DNA of 63,156 nt, the filler included, from Trichomonas gallinae (Eukaryota): NCBI GenBank assembly GCA_008369845.1. It is 5 parts of 5 records of this genome, joined end to end, with 100 filler letters (N's around TTAATTAATTAA, not from the genome) between each part and the next. Parts side by side here need not be neighbours in the genome. Positions count along the whole stretch, not along the records: positions 47,684 to 56,894 come from MRSU01000897.1; positions 56,995 to 61,939 come from MRSU01000903.1; positions 62,040 to 63,156 come from MRSU01000907.1; 2 more parts are not named here. One strand, 5' to 3'. The notes beneath the pieces are model-generated. The model was given only the letters and a program-made list of their open reading frames with translations, did no database searches and had not been told where the DNA came from. The position numbers were made by a program, and so were the translations under genes. Shown here one piece after another: positions 54,139 to 63,156 of the stretch; the first letter of the stretch is position 1; every line of letters starts with the position of its first letter.

Positions 54139-54696
54139 GTGAAATTGTAGCAATTAAACGTATTGTGTTTTATTAAACATGACTTGTTATTTTAGGAATA
54201 TAACTTCTCATCCCATCAAAAGTCTTTATAGAATTAGCAAAGAAGAAAAGGCAAAACAAGCTCCGCAAGCACAGGCACAAAACTCATATGTTGACTGGAA
54301 TTAACCAAAGTCCAGACCAAGAAAGCCAAGTGTTACTAAGAAACAGTATTAAATACATTGATTTTTTTTTGTTCTTATTTTGACTTAGATTGATTTTAAC
54401 TTAGAAAATTGTTGAAAATATTATGTAAGTATATCAACTTTCGATTGACAGAAATAACAAGATGTCAAGCATGTGTATTTACATGACAGATTGTCATATT
54501 TAGGGATATTTGTATGGTTTAGATGTCAAAATTTTGTGAAACTCGATTTTTAAAAAATCGTCTTTTCTAGACGTTTTTTTTTTCCCCGCCAATCATTGTT
54601 AGCAAAAAATGATACTAACACAATGTTTAAACTAATCAGCAAATTTTTGATTGAAATTGAGCTAACTAATTAGCTAAAAATGCAATTAGATTAGGT

Positions 54697-55497
54697 TTAA
54701 TTTTCAAAGAGATATGATGGAGCACGAATACGACGAAGACCTTTGGAGATATCATTTGATTCGAAACATTCCCACTTTGTTGGTAGAAGTTTGAGGATTT
54801 CTGGGTCTTTGACAACTTCTTTCATCTTTGTAACAGGATTGATGATTGTTCTTCTATGGTTATCGTTTGGTTGATTATTTGGAAGTTTTCTGGCTTCTTC
54901 TTCGATGGCTCCGTACATTTCACTTGGAATAAACTTAGCAACTGTTGGTGAAAAGATCATTGAAACGGCTATTTGCATTGAGACAAGGATATCATTAATA
55001 TTTAATGCAGGCGGAATTCTTCTGATTTCAACTGTCTTGGAACTGCTGACCCATGACTTCTTAACCTTAGTTAAAATAACAATAACATCACCTAAAACAA
55101 AATTGAACGAAACTGATATCGTATCACATTTTACATTGTCGAATTTTGCACTTGGCTTCATGAAGAAGGAAAATATATTGAACTGACCTCTTTTGTTGTC
55201 ATAGATTGAGTCAAAAGTCATGTCCTTATTGATATCCATTAATACTCCCATGTCAGAAACCATTTCTCGTGTAAATTTCAACATTTCAACCATTTCCGAT
55301 CTATATGAGCCAACGATTGGTGCTTGAGCGTTAAGGTCATCAACTACAACATCAATGTATCCAGGTAAATCTTCCATATCTACAGTCTGTGATTCGGCAG
55401 ATGTTGTATAATGGTATTGTGAATAACTATTACCATGTAGCTGCCCACTCTGCATCAGTCTTTTCACAGCTAAAAGAAATAGAGAAGTTTCAGGCAT
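54697..55497 (-). CDS. Hypothetical protein, distant paralog of the divergently transcribed gene at 56113
   Basis: 266-aa ORF; colinear similarity to its neighbour (see findings). Confidence 0.8.
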   Translation of the reverse strand: MPETSLFLLAVKRLMQSGQLHGNSYSQYHYTTSAESQTVDMEDLPGYIDVVVDDLNAQAPIVGSYRSEMVEMLKFTREMVSDMGVLMDINKDMTFDSIYDNKRGQFNIFSFFMKPSAKFDNVKCDTISVSFNFVLGDVIVILTKVKKSWVSSSKTVEIRRIPPALNINDILVSMQIAVSMIFSPTVAKFIPSEMYGAIEEEARKLPNNQPNDNHRRTIINPVTKMKEVVKDPEILKLLPTKWECFESNDISKGLRRIRAPSYLFEN

Positions 55498-56112
55498 TTT
55501 GATTTTTCTTCATTGTCAAATTGACAAAATTGACAGTCAAATTTTATCATTTTCTATAGATAGTAAAATGTAAAAATGTCAACATGACAGCATAGTTTTT
55601 TTTTTTGATTATCAATATTACTGAGACCATATTAATCATTATTGATTCCACTTTTGCATTCATTGATCTCGAAATATAGGAATATCCAAACTATTATTTC
55701 CAAGTTGTGTGAATACTATCATTTGTTTATATATAATTATCATCAGTTGTGTAAATGAATGCATTCTTAGTCTACCCGTCTCATCTTAAAAAAAAGCCAA
55801 AAAAACTTAAATATCTATTAAAAACTTCGAGTTTTCTTTATGAAATAGCAACATTTCTATCATATTGTCTATCAAATTCATGAGTAAATTAAGATTCTTG
55901 ATCAATTGTTTTAGGTTGTCAGATTGACAAAATAAAAGTGACAGTCAAGTTGACATTAACAAAAGTGACATTCATATCTTAAATAATTTTGTCATATTTT
56001 TATATTTTCGGCATGATTTTGAGTTTTTCAGATTTATCGTCACTTTTCAAATAAAAATTTGAGAAATTACAAAATATTGTCAAAATGTCAATTTGACACC
56101 AAAGCTAAAAAC

Positions 56113-56894
56113 ATGTGGTGGTTCACTGCTGTTATGGCCGCCGTTAGTTTTGCCAATGGGTTTATGAACAAGTTCTTGGCAACATATGGCGCGCAAGCAG
56201 GGGGAAGAGGATACTACACACAAGAAGGATTTTATAATTATTATTCTAGTTCTTTCCTCCATGAGCAAACAGTTCCTGCAAAGTTCATGGATAAATTCTT
56301 AGAAATAGTCATAAAACATTGTGTTCGAGACCAATCGGCAGCAATCGCTTCAAAAAGTCAAGAGTTACTTGATTATCTGCAAACAATTAAATATTTTAGC
56401 TCATATCAATACGGAAAGTGTGTACATAGTGTTAACACTGTTGCCTACAACAAAAACAAAGGAGAACTGTTCCTTAAAATTGTGACCTTCGTTCCTTACA
56501 TTGTCATGGTCAATGGTGAAAAACAAAAAGCAGTCAAAACCAATTTGCTGTATCTCTCAGTCCATTTCGAAATGGCGAAGGATTTCATTATCCTAGCGAA
56601 AGTGAAGGCGAACTGGTTCAAGGGTGTTTATAAAGAGGAATTACGCTTCATTGACAAAAAAGAAATCACGAAGAATACCATCACTCAAGCGATTGCTATG
56701 GCTCTGGCACCATGCATTCTCGGTGTTGTTAAGATGCCAGCAGCTTTCGTCACACAGATTGAGATTATGGCGAAAACACAAGATGCACCATATGCTGTAG
56801 CTGAAGGAACAGGTAATCCAGTCCCAGCCGAATATGATTTTTGGAGGTGGATTTCAGAGATGAAGGATCACAACGACAATCCACAGTTAGTAAA
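56113..56894 (+). CDS. Hypothetical protein with a putative signal peptide; 3' end lost in the gap
   Basis: First ATG gives MWWFTAVMAAVSFA; frame is open up to the N gap. Confidence 0.8.
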
Positions 56895-56994
56895 NNNNNN
56901 NNNNNNNNNNNNNNNNNNNNNNNNNNNNNNNNNNNNNNTTAATTAATTAANNNNNNNNNNNNNNNNNNNNNNNNNNNNNNNNNNNNNNNNNNNN
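56895..56994. other. Assembly gap with artificial linker
   Basis: N44-TTAATTAATTAA-N44. Confidence 0.97.
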
Positions 56995-58103
56995 TTACAT
57001 ACATATCAGTAGTATAATCTATATTATAAATTTCGTCCAAATCGCTAGAGAAATGAGAGTCGGAACACCTTTGGAAATTAATTATTCTTCACAAAACTTG
57101 AAATTTCGTTGTCCACAAATGAATTTCATCAACAGATGTCATTGGCTCAATGGATTTATCTTCAGAAACAAATTTGGTTCTCATGTGAAGGCATAAAGCT
57201 TACCGCTGCATTGCAATCGACTGATAACAACGTGAATAGTGAAATTTCATAGACATTTGTTGACATTACAGCATTATTGTTTTTTTCATTTTACATTTCA
57301 TGATTTAAGAGCCTAGTCTAAGAAAATTCAATTGCTTATCATCAATTTATTAGAAATACAACATCCTATGACTATATATCAATTTGAAGAAATTTCTCAG
57401 ATAAAAAATTTAGTTTAGCAATATATCTCACTTCTATAATCACTACTATCATCATACAAACAGTATGTAAGCAAATCAATGAAATTTGATGTTTCTTTTG
57501 TTGAATAATTTAAGTTGAAATAATATTTCATTTTCAAGACTTTGTTGTAATTTATTAATATTCTTATGGTAAACACAACTTAATTGATCAGGTTGTGGCT
57601 GATTGCATTGATGTAGTTTGAATGAATGCCGAAATCATTCCCAATTCGATGCAAAATCCATTATTAATATATTTGTACTCTTTATATTATCAGTCAAACG
57701 AATTATTTTCATATAAACATCTCAACATTCATTGAATTAGTAAATACAAAAATCTTTAGAAATCAAACTGCCAAAATATTGCTCATAATATGCACTATTA
57801 GAATCATTACAGAAAATAAAAATTTTCAATTTGGTAAAAAATTAATTATGAAACAATCAGTAAATTGTTGCATTTCATGAATTCATCAATGAAATAGCTT
57901 TAATGCTAAATCTAGCTCATTGTTTTATCAACATTTAATTGAGATAAAACAAAACCATGATTTTGTTGAGTTTCTTCATGATCAAAGCATTCTCCATTGA
58001 CAGTGGAATAACGTGAGATATGTAGCTAGTTGAGAAACTTTGTATTTATTGTGATTTTTCGAAAATAAAAAAATAAAAAATTTAAACGTACAGTTATATT
58101 GTA

Positions 58104-59840
58104 ATGAGCAAAATTCCGATTTCACCGAGAAGACTTAAGATTCAGCAGTCATTGAAGCCGAAAACACCACAAAAGCAGGACAATGTGACTAAAATCACGC
58201 TGATTCGCAACGATTCTGACAAAATTAAAGCAAAAAATTACGAATTCACATCAATTAATAAGATTTTCTCAGATTCATTGGTACTACTGCAACTATCAAA
58301 CAACCCAACGACACTCTATAATGAATATGGCACGAAAATCACATCAGATGACGAAATTAAACCTAAATCTAAAATTTACGTATCATGTGGCGAACCATTC
58401 TGCAAGACAGTTGTTCAAGTCACACCAGAAAAGAAAACAGCACCAGTTGTCGAAGAAGAAAAACCAGTTGAAGAAACACAAACAGAATTTTATTCGCCAT
58501 TTGCAGATTTCTTGAAAGATCGCAAAGAGAAGGAGAAACAACAAGAAGAAGAGAAAAAAAAGCTTGAACAGACAAAGAAAGTCGTCAAAGAAGAGAAAGA
58601 AGAAATAAAAATTCCAGATGAGCTCAAAATATTGCCATATCTTGTTATTCTATCTACAATGCCATACGAGGAGCGATATAAAGTTCCATACAGTGAAATG
58701 TTACTGAAAAAACTAAGAGATTACCAATTAGAATTGATTTCAGACCATTTAACAAGAGCTGGTTTTCTTAACACATTATCAAACAAATTCATTATAGAAA
58801 AAGTTAATGAAATCGCAATTAACAGTACAAACGAGATGAAATTAAATGAAATACAAATTGTATTTACAGGAGGAAAGTTTTCTGGAAAAACAGCAATTGC
58901 GAAAGAAGCAGCTTTGAATGTTTACAGAAAGATTCAGCTATCAAACACACCAGATTCCATACTTTTTGTTCCATTAAATTTCTCAAAAGTCGATTTCATG
59001 AATCCAGACTCAATATTCTTATGGATGGCAGATTCTATAATCTCTGCTCTTGAATATTGCGTCATCCCATTGACTCCTTTCTATTTGGATTTCAAAGATT
59101 TGTTTTACGGAATTTTAGATTCACCGACAATTCCAGTTCTTAACGCGAACATAGCATCTATTCCAAGTCTGAACGCGAAGATGCTCAACAAAATCATGAA
59201 AAAGCTTTATGAATCTTATCATAACAGAGATGGACTACTAGAATTTGTCACAGAAGCAATTAACCTGCCAATATCTATTGCACAATCATTCAATCTTTCA
59301 GCATTCTTGTTAATAGACACAATTAGCCTTTGCTCTGTTGAAATTTCGAAATGTTCAAAGTTCCCTGATTACATTAAGTCAGTAAACATCGAAGAAATCT
59401 TTAGAGCAATGCTTCAGACCACTTCTTATATCATTGCAAATGAAGATGCTTTTAATTTGGATGCAATTGATATCCAAACATACGATTTGATTGAATATGA
59501 AGCAAAAACTATATCTATTGATTTCAGTGGCATCTCAAATGGCCAAGTTTCATCAGAAAGTCTTGTTTTAGACCATTATTTCATATCATCTGATGAATGT
59601 GAAGGTTGCCCTGGTTATCTTGACATGTTCATATCGTTGTTAGATTCAGTTGCAGACTATGAAAGCAAAAGAGTACAAGACAACAACAAACACTGCATTT
59701 CTATGATAAATCGATCAAAAGAAATGAAAATTCGCACGCAAATGCTTAAATTGCTTCAGGTTATCAACTCAGATGGCGTATTTTCTGATCTTATGAACAT
59801 GATTTCTACTCCAAATCGCATGAAATTCGAAATTGAATAA
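58104..59840 (+). CDS. Doublecortin (DCX)-like domain protein with coiled coil and a P-loop-like domain
   Basis: LYNEYGTKITSDDEI...IYVSCGEPF is a DCX signature; IVFTGGKFSGKT is Walker A-like. Confidence 0.7.
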   Translation: MSKIPISPRRLKIQQSLKPKTPQKQDNVTKITLIRNDSDKIKAKNYEFTSINKIFSDSLVLLQLSNNPTTLYNEYGTKITSDDEIKPKSKIYVSCGEPFCKTVVQVTPEKKTAPVVEEEKPVEETQTEFYSPFADFLKDRKEKEKQQEEEKKKLEQTKKVVKEEKEEIKIPDELKILPYLVILSTMPYEERYKVPYSEMLLKKLRDYQLELISDHLTRAGFLNTLSNKFIIEKVNEIAINSTNEMKLNEIQIVFTGGKFSGKTAIAKEAALNVYRKIQLSNTPDSILFVPLNFSKVDFMNPDSIFLWMADSIISALEYCVIPLTPFYLDFKDLFYGILDSPTIPVLNANIASIPSLNAKMLNKIMKKLYESYHNRDGLLEFVTEAINLPISIAQSFNLSAFLLIDTISLCSVEISKCSKFPDYIKSVNIEEIFRAMLQTTSYIIANEDAFNLDAIDIQTYDLIEYEAKTISIDFSGISNGQVSSESLVLDHYFISSDECEGCPGYLDMFISLLDSVADYESKRVQDNNKHCISMINRSKEMKIRTQMLKLLQVINSDGVFSDLMNMISTPNRMKFEIE

Positions 59841-61335
59841 TTTTATTTTTTTTTGTTTAATAAACATGCTTGTTTCTTTCTCTATTATATTGCATAATCA
59901 TCTTGCTCATTATCTTTTAAATCAAATTCAATCACTGCAAGTTATATATAAATTTATTTCTAAAATATTGAATTATCTAGAAAATATTCAAATTATATAT
60001 TATAGCTTCGAAATTATTTACAATTCAACCGGTGAATTTGAACAGAATTGAGTCCATAGCTTTCGTATAAAATACCGTATTCAACTTGATCAATATCTTA
60101 TGGGTAAACAGGTCTATGCTCCTGTGACACATGTTAATTCCTTTAAAAAATAGATGAGAGATCAAAATTCAAAAAATCTTATGTTCACACTTATACATGC
60201 AATGATTAAGGCCATTTCATGCTTGTTTTCTTCTAAGGAGAAAGAAACAAGCACATTTATTAAACAACGAATGTTTTTTAAATATATAAATTTTCTTTAT
60301 GGGCTCAGAAAGCAAGAATGAGTAGTCTAAAAGAAGAGGAATGGAAACAACGAAATCAAATAAACGTGTGTAAAGCCCAATTCAAATAAAAGTCTGTGTT
60401 TAATGAATCAATGCTATAAAACTATTAAGTTATAGTATAGTTTATGCAGCACTCATCTGTGGTTTATAAAATGCTGAGTTTTCTATTATAAATCAATGCT
60501 ATGGATCAATTATAGCAAAAGAAAAAATGATCTTGATTTCTGCCATGTAAAATACTTATTCAACAAAAGAATGATTTACACGACAGAAATCAAAATCATT
60601 TTTCTGAAAAATCATTCATAAAAATTGTGTGAGTTACAATAACGGTTAGACCAAATATAACTAAAGCGTTCAAAAGGATGTCGCACGTCTTCTTGAACAT
60701 TTTAGTGACAAAACTCAGGTCTGATCAGGCCTACAAACATATTGCCTTCATCGGCAATAGGTATCTCCCTGCTCTCACCAAATCCTATTTCTCTTACCTT
60801 ACACACCCTGTTTTCAAGGATGTCTCAGGTTTGACAGTTTATAAATGCACATTCAAACACGGCGTAGCTTCAGTTATTAATGTACAAGGTAATCCATGGG
60901 AAACAACTCAAAAGAAACCCAATGACCTTTAGCCTTCGGGCAACAAAATATGAGGCGTTTAGTAAATATTTTGTGTGCAATAATTCTTTCATTTTTTTTA
61001 TATTTTGATTGGCCCATGAAATTTCACTTTTAGTTTATCTTTTCTTTCCAATATATTTATCTATATACGTAGAATATATCCATTTCCATTATTATATTAG
61101 ATCAATTTTCAATATTATTAGAATTTTTTTTTAAATATCGAAGAAATGAACTTCTCATGAGATAATAATTAGAACCAGAAAGTTGTTCTATATGAGATTT
61201 CATATATAATATAAAAAAATTATTAAATTTTTGTTTTTTTCTTTTTCGTTTTAATAAATTGGAACATGTAAAAGGCCTGAATGAATTCGTAAAATTTTAA
61301 AAGTTTAAATTTGCGAAAAAACAGCCAATTTCAAT

Positions 61336-61581
61336 TTATTTTGGAGCATAAGCACGTTGGAGCTTAGCGAATGTGACCTTAAGGTGGCGCATTTCGCCAG
61401 AGCCCTGTGCACGCTTGCGGTGAGCCTTCTTTGCCCAGTCGTAGTGGCGCATTGTGGCATCTGGATAGCCACACTTGGCGCACTTGCCCTTTTGGATATG
61501 GTAGCAGCGGTTGCCACAGCGGCGGCAGATTGTGTGTGTCTTGTTATGTCTTGGACCAAATGATGGAGTGCCAGCACCCAT
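61336..61581 (-). CDS. RPL37: 60S ribosomal protein L37 (eL37)
   Basis: GTPSFGPRHNKTHTICRRCG...YHIQKGKCAKCGYP...W..KA.R.R..G.G.MRHLK zinc finger. Confidence 0.97.
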   Translation of the reverse strand: MGAGTPSFGPRHNKTHTICRRCGNRCYHIQKGKCAKCGYPDATMRHYDWAKKAHRKRAQGSGEMRHLKVTFAKLQRAYAPK

Positions 61582-61587
61582 TAGATG

Positions 61588-61610
61588 AAAAAGGTCGGAA
61601 CAAAACCGTC
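61588..61610 (-). promoter_or_regulatory. M3 (GACGGTTT) + M5 (CCTTT) core promoter of a ribosomal protein gene
   Basis: Minus strand reads GACGGTTTTGTTCCGACCTTTTTCATCTAATG; the M3/M5 pairing is characteristic of Trichomonas ribosomal protein genes. Confidence 0.7.
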
Positions 61611-61939
61611 GATTTACAATAATCGTTCTTATTACCGTCTTGTTAAATTTTAGTGTTTCTATGATCTATAATATATAATAATTCAATTTTCATCCAAAAA
61701 GTTAGAATTTATCAAGTTTTCAAATTTCAAATTAAAAAATATTGCAATTTGAGGGCTTTAATCCAAAATTTACACATATCAATGATATTTATGTCTTTCT
61801 TGCTAATTTTTTTGTCCTCATAAAATGCAATAACATGTTATATGAAAGACTTTTTATTATTTCGGTTGTGGTTCTGGGATCATTTCTTAAGACACTTCAA
61901 CCACTGATTCATAATCTATTCTAAGACGAATGAATCTGA

Positions 61940-62039
61940 NNNNNNNNNNNNNNNNNNNNNNNNNNNNNNNNNNNNNNNNNNNNTTAATTAATTAANNNNN
62001 NNNNNNNNNNNNNNNNNNNNNNNNNNNNNNNNNNNNNNN
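61940..62039. other. Assembly gap with artificial linker
   Basis: N44-TTAATTAATTAA-N44. Confidence 0.97.
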
Positions 62040-62672
62040 CCAACGATGCACGCAAGAACAGGTGACCCAATGGGCATCAACTCTATTTCTCCAGGTCCAG
62101 GTGCATACAATCCATCAGATGCAAGCAAACCTAAAGGACCATCATTCACCATGAAAGGCAGACACGAGTCAGTTGATCGTCCAAACACAGCTCCATACAG
62201 AGACCTTCCATCCACCATTGGTCAAGGACCAAAGATTTCCCTTGCTTCACGACACGCAACAAGAGATGCTGAGAACACACCAGGTCCGAACTACATTCCA
62301 CCAGCACTCGGTGCCGATGCTCCAAAGGTTGCGATGTCATATAGACACGGAGAAATCAGAGACTCAAGGGCAGATAATCCAGGTCCAGGCGCTTATGGAT
62401 ACACGCCACAGTTCGGTAACGAAGCTCCAAAGGCGTACATGCACACAAGGAATGGTGATCCAATGGGCATCAATTCTGTTTCACCTGGTCCAGGTGCTTA
62501 CAGTCCAGATTATTCCACACAGAAGCCAAGAGCTCCATCATCATCAATGCACATCAGGCCTAAGGATAGAACAGCTGACACAACACCTGGCTACACAGAT
62601 CTCGGCTCAACACTCAAGGGCCCAGCCTTCACAATCGGCTTGAAGGAGAACCTCGGAATGATTCCTGTTTAA
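62040..62672 (+). CDS. ODF3/SHIPPO-1-like PGP-repeat (flagellar) protein, 5' partial
   Basis: Repeated PGPGAY motifs with P.(F/Y)(T/S)M..R spacers; internal DNA repeat GDPMGINS.SPGPGAY x2; frame runs into the gap. Confidence 0.88.
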   Translation, partial: PTMHARTGDPMGINSISPGPGAYNPSDASKPKGPSFTMKGRHESVDRPNTAPYRDLPSTIGQGPKISLASRHATRDAENTPGPNYIPPALGADAPKVAMSYRHGEIRDSRADNPGPGAYGYTPQFGNEAPKAYMHTRNGDPMGINSVSPGPGAYSPDYSTQKPRAPSSSMHIRPKDRTADTTPGYTDLGSTLKGPAFTIGLKENLGMIPV

Positions 62673-63156
62673 TTTAATTACATTTTTGTCTTTTCAGTAT
62701 ATTTCTTTGTCAATATTTGCTTTAATTTACGATACTACTAAAATAATTATAAATGTATAACTTTCTAACATTTTAAATCAAATCTTTTTTCATTAATTAT
62801 TAGTGATATGCTTTAATATAGAAAATATATTGAATCAATACCATGATATGGGTCTTTCTATTAATGGAATTCTTTGTAATATTATGATTTTGAAATATGG
62901 AATTAATAATTTTTTCATAGTATATTAATGGAAGAATGAGTGAGATTGCTGTTGAAGGCTTAGTTATTTTGAATTCTCTTTGTTATCCGATTTTTTGGAT
63001 TTTTGAAGAAATTATAATCTGACATGTAAAACATTTTACATATAAAAAAACTATCGGTGTCAAAAGTTTGATAGCGTTAAGGGATGGCTCAACTATTCAA
63101 TTTTTATAAAAAAGGGGGTAACATTAAATTAATGGGGTACTGACCTTGTTGGTTCT

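Noticed and set aside
60678..60932. 84-aa ORF, possibly a surface-protein gene fragment
   Set aside because: Too short and no diagnostic motif; it could be a remnant but cannot be supported

Overview
AT-rich eukaryotic genomic DNA, almost certainly from a trichomonad parabasalid (Trichomonas-like). Evidence: gene-dense and apparently intronless, standard genetic code, Inr/M2/M3/M5-type core promoter motifs, a transmembrane adenylyl cyclase pseudogene, and an NPxY-tailed surface protein. The window is five contigs joined by artificial 100-nt N-TTAATTAATTAA-N linkers. It holds about 28 protein-coding genes, including MVD, Vps29, an acyltransferase, a metallophosphoesterase, UBL-UBA proteins, a Cdc20-like WD40 protein, beta-adaptin, Pch2/TRIP13, an ERK7/8 MAPK, RhoGEF-Kelch, ALDH3, RPL37 and an ODF3/SHIPPO protein. 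It also holds 3 tRNA genes (Val-GAC, Thr-TGT, Gln-TTG), at least 2 pseudogenes and several local repeats. The standout is an intact prokaryotic-type thymidylate synthase fusion at 28025-29467 (MtrA-like N-terminus + archaeal/cyanobacterial-type ThyA + DUF4346-like C-terminus). It is embedded among host genes and preceded by a 58-bp palindrome with two E2F-like sites, in a lineage classically described as lacking thymidylate synthase and DHFR. All family assignments come from motif recognition by eye, not from database searches.
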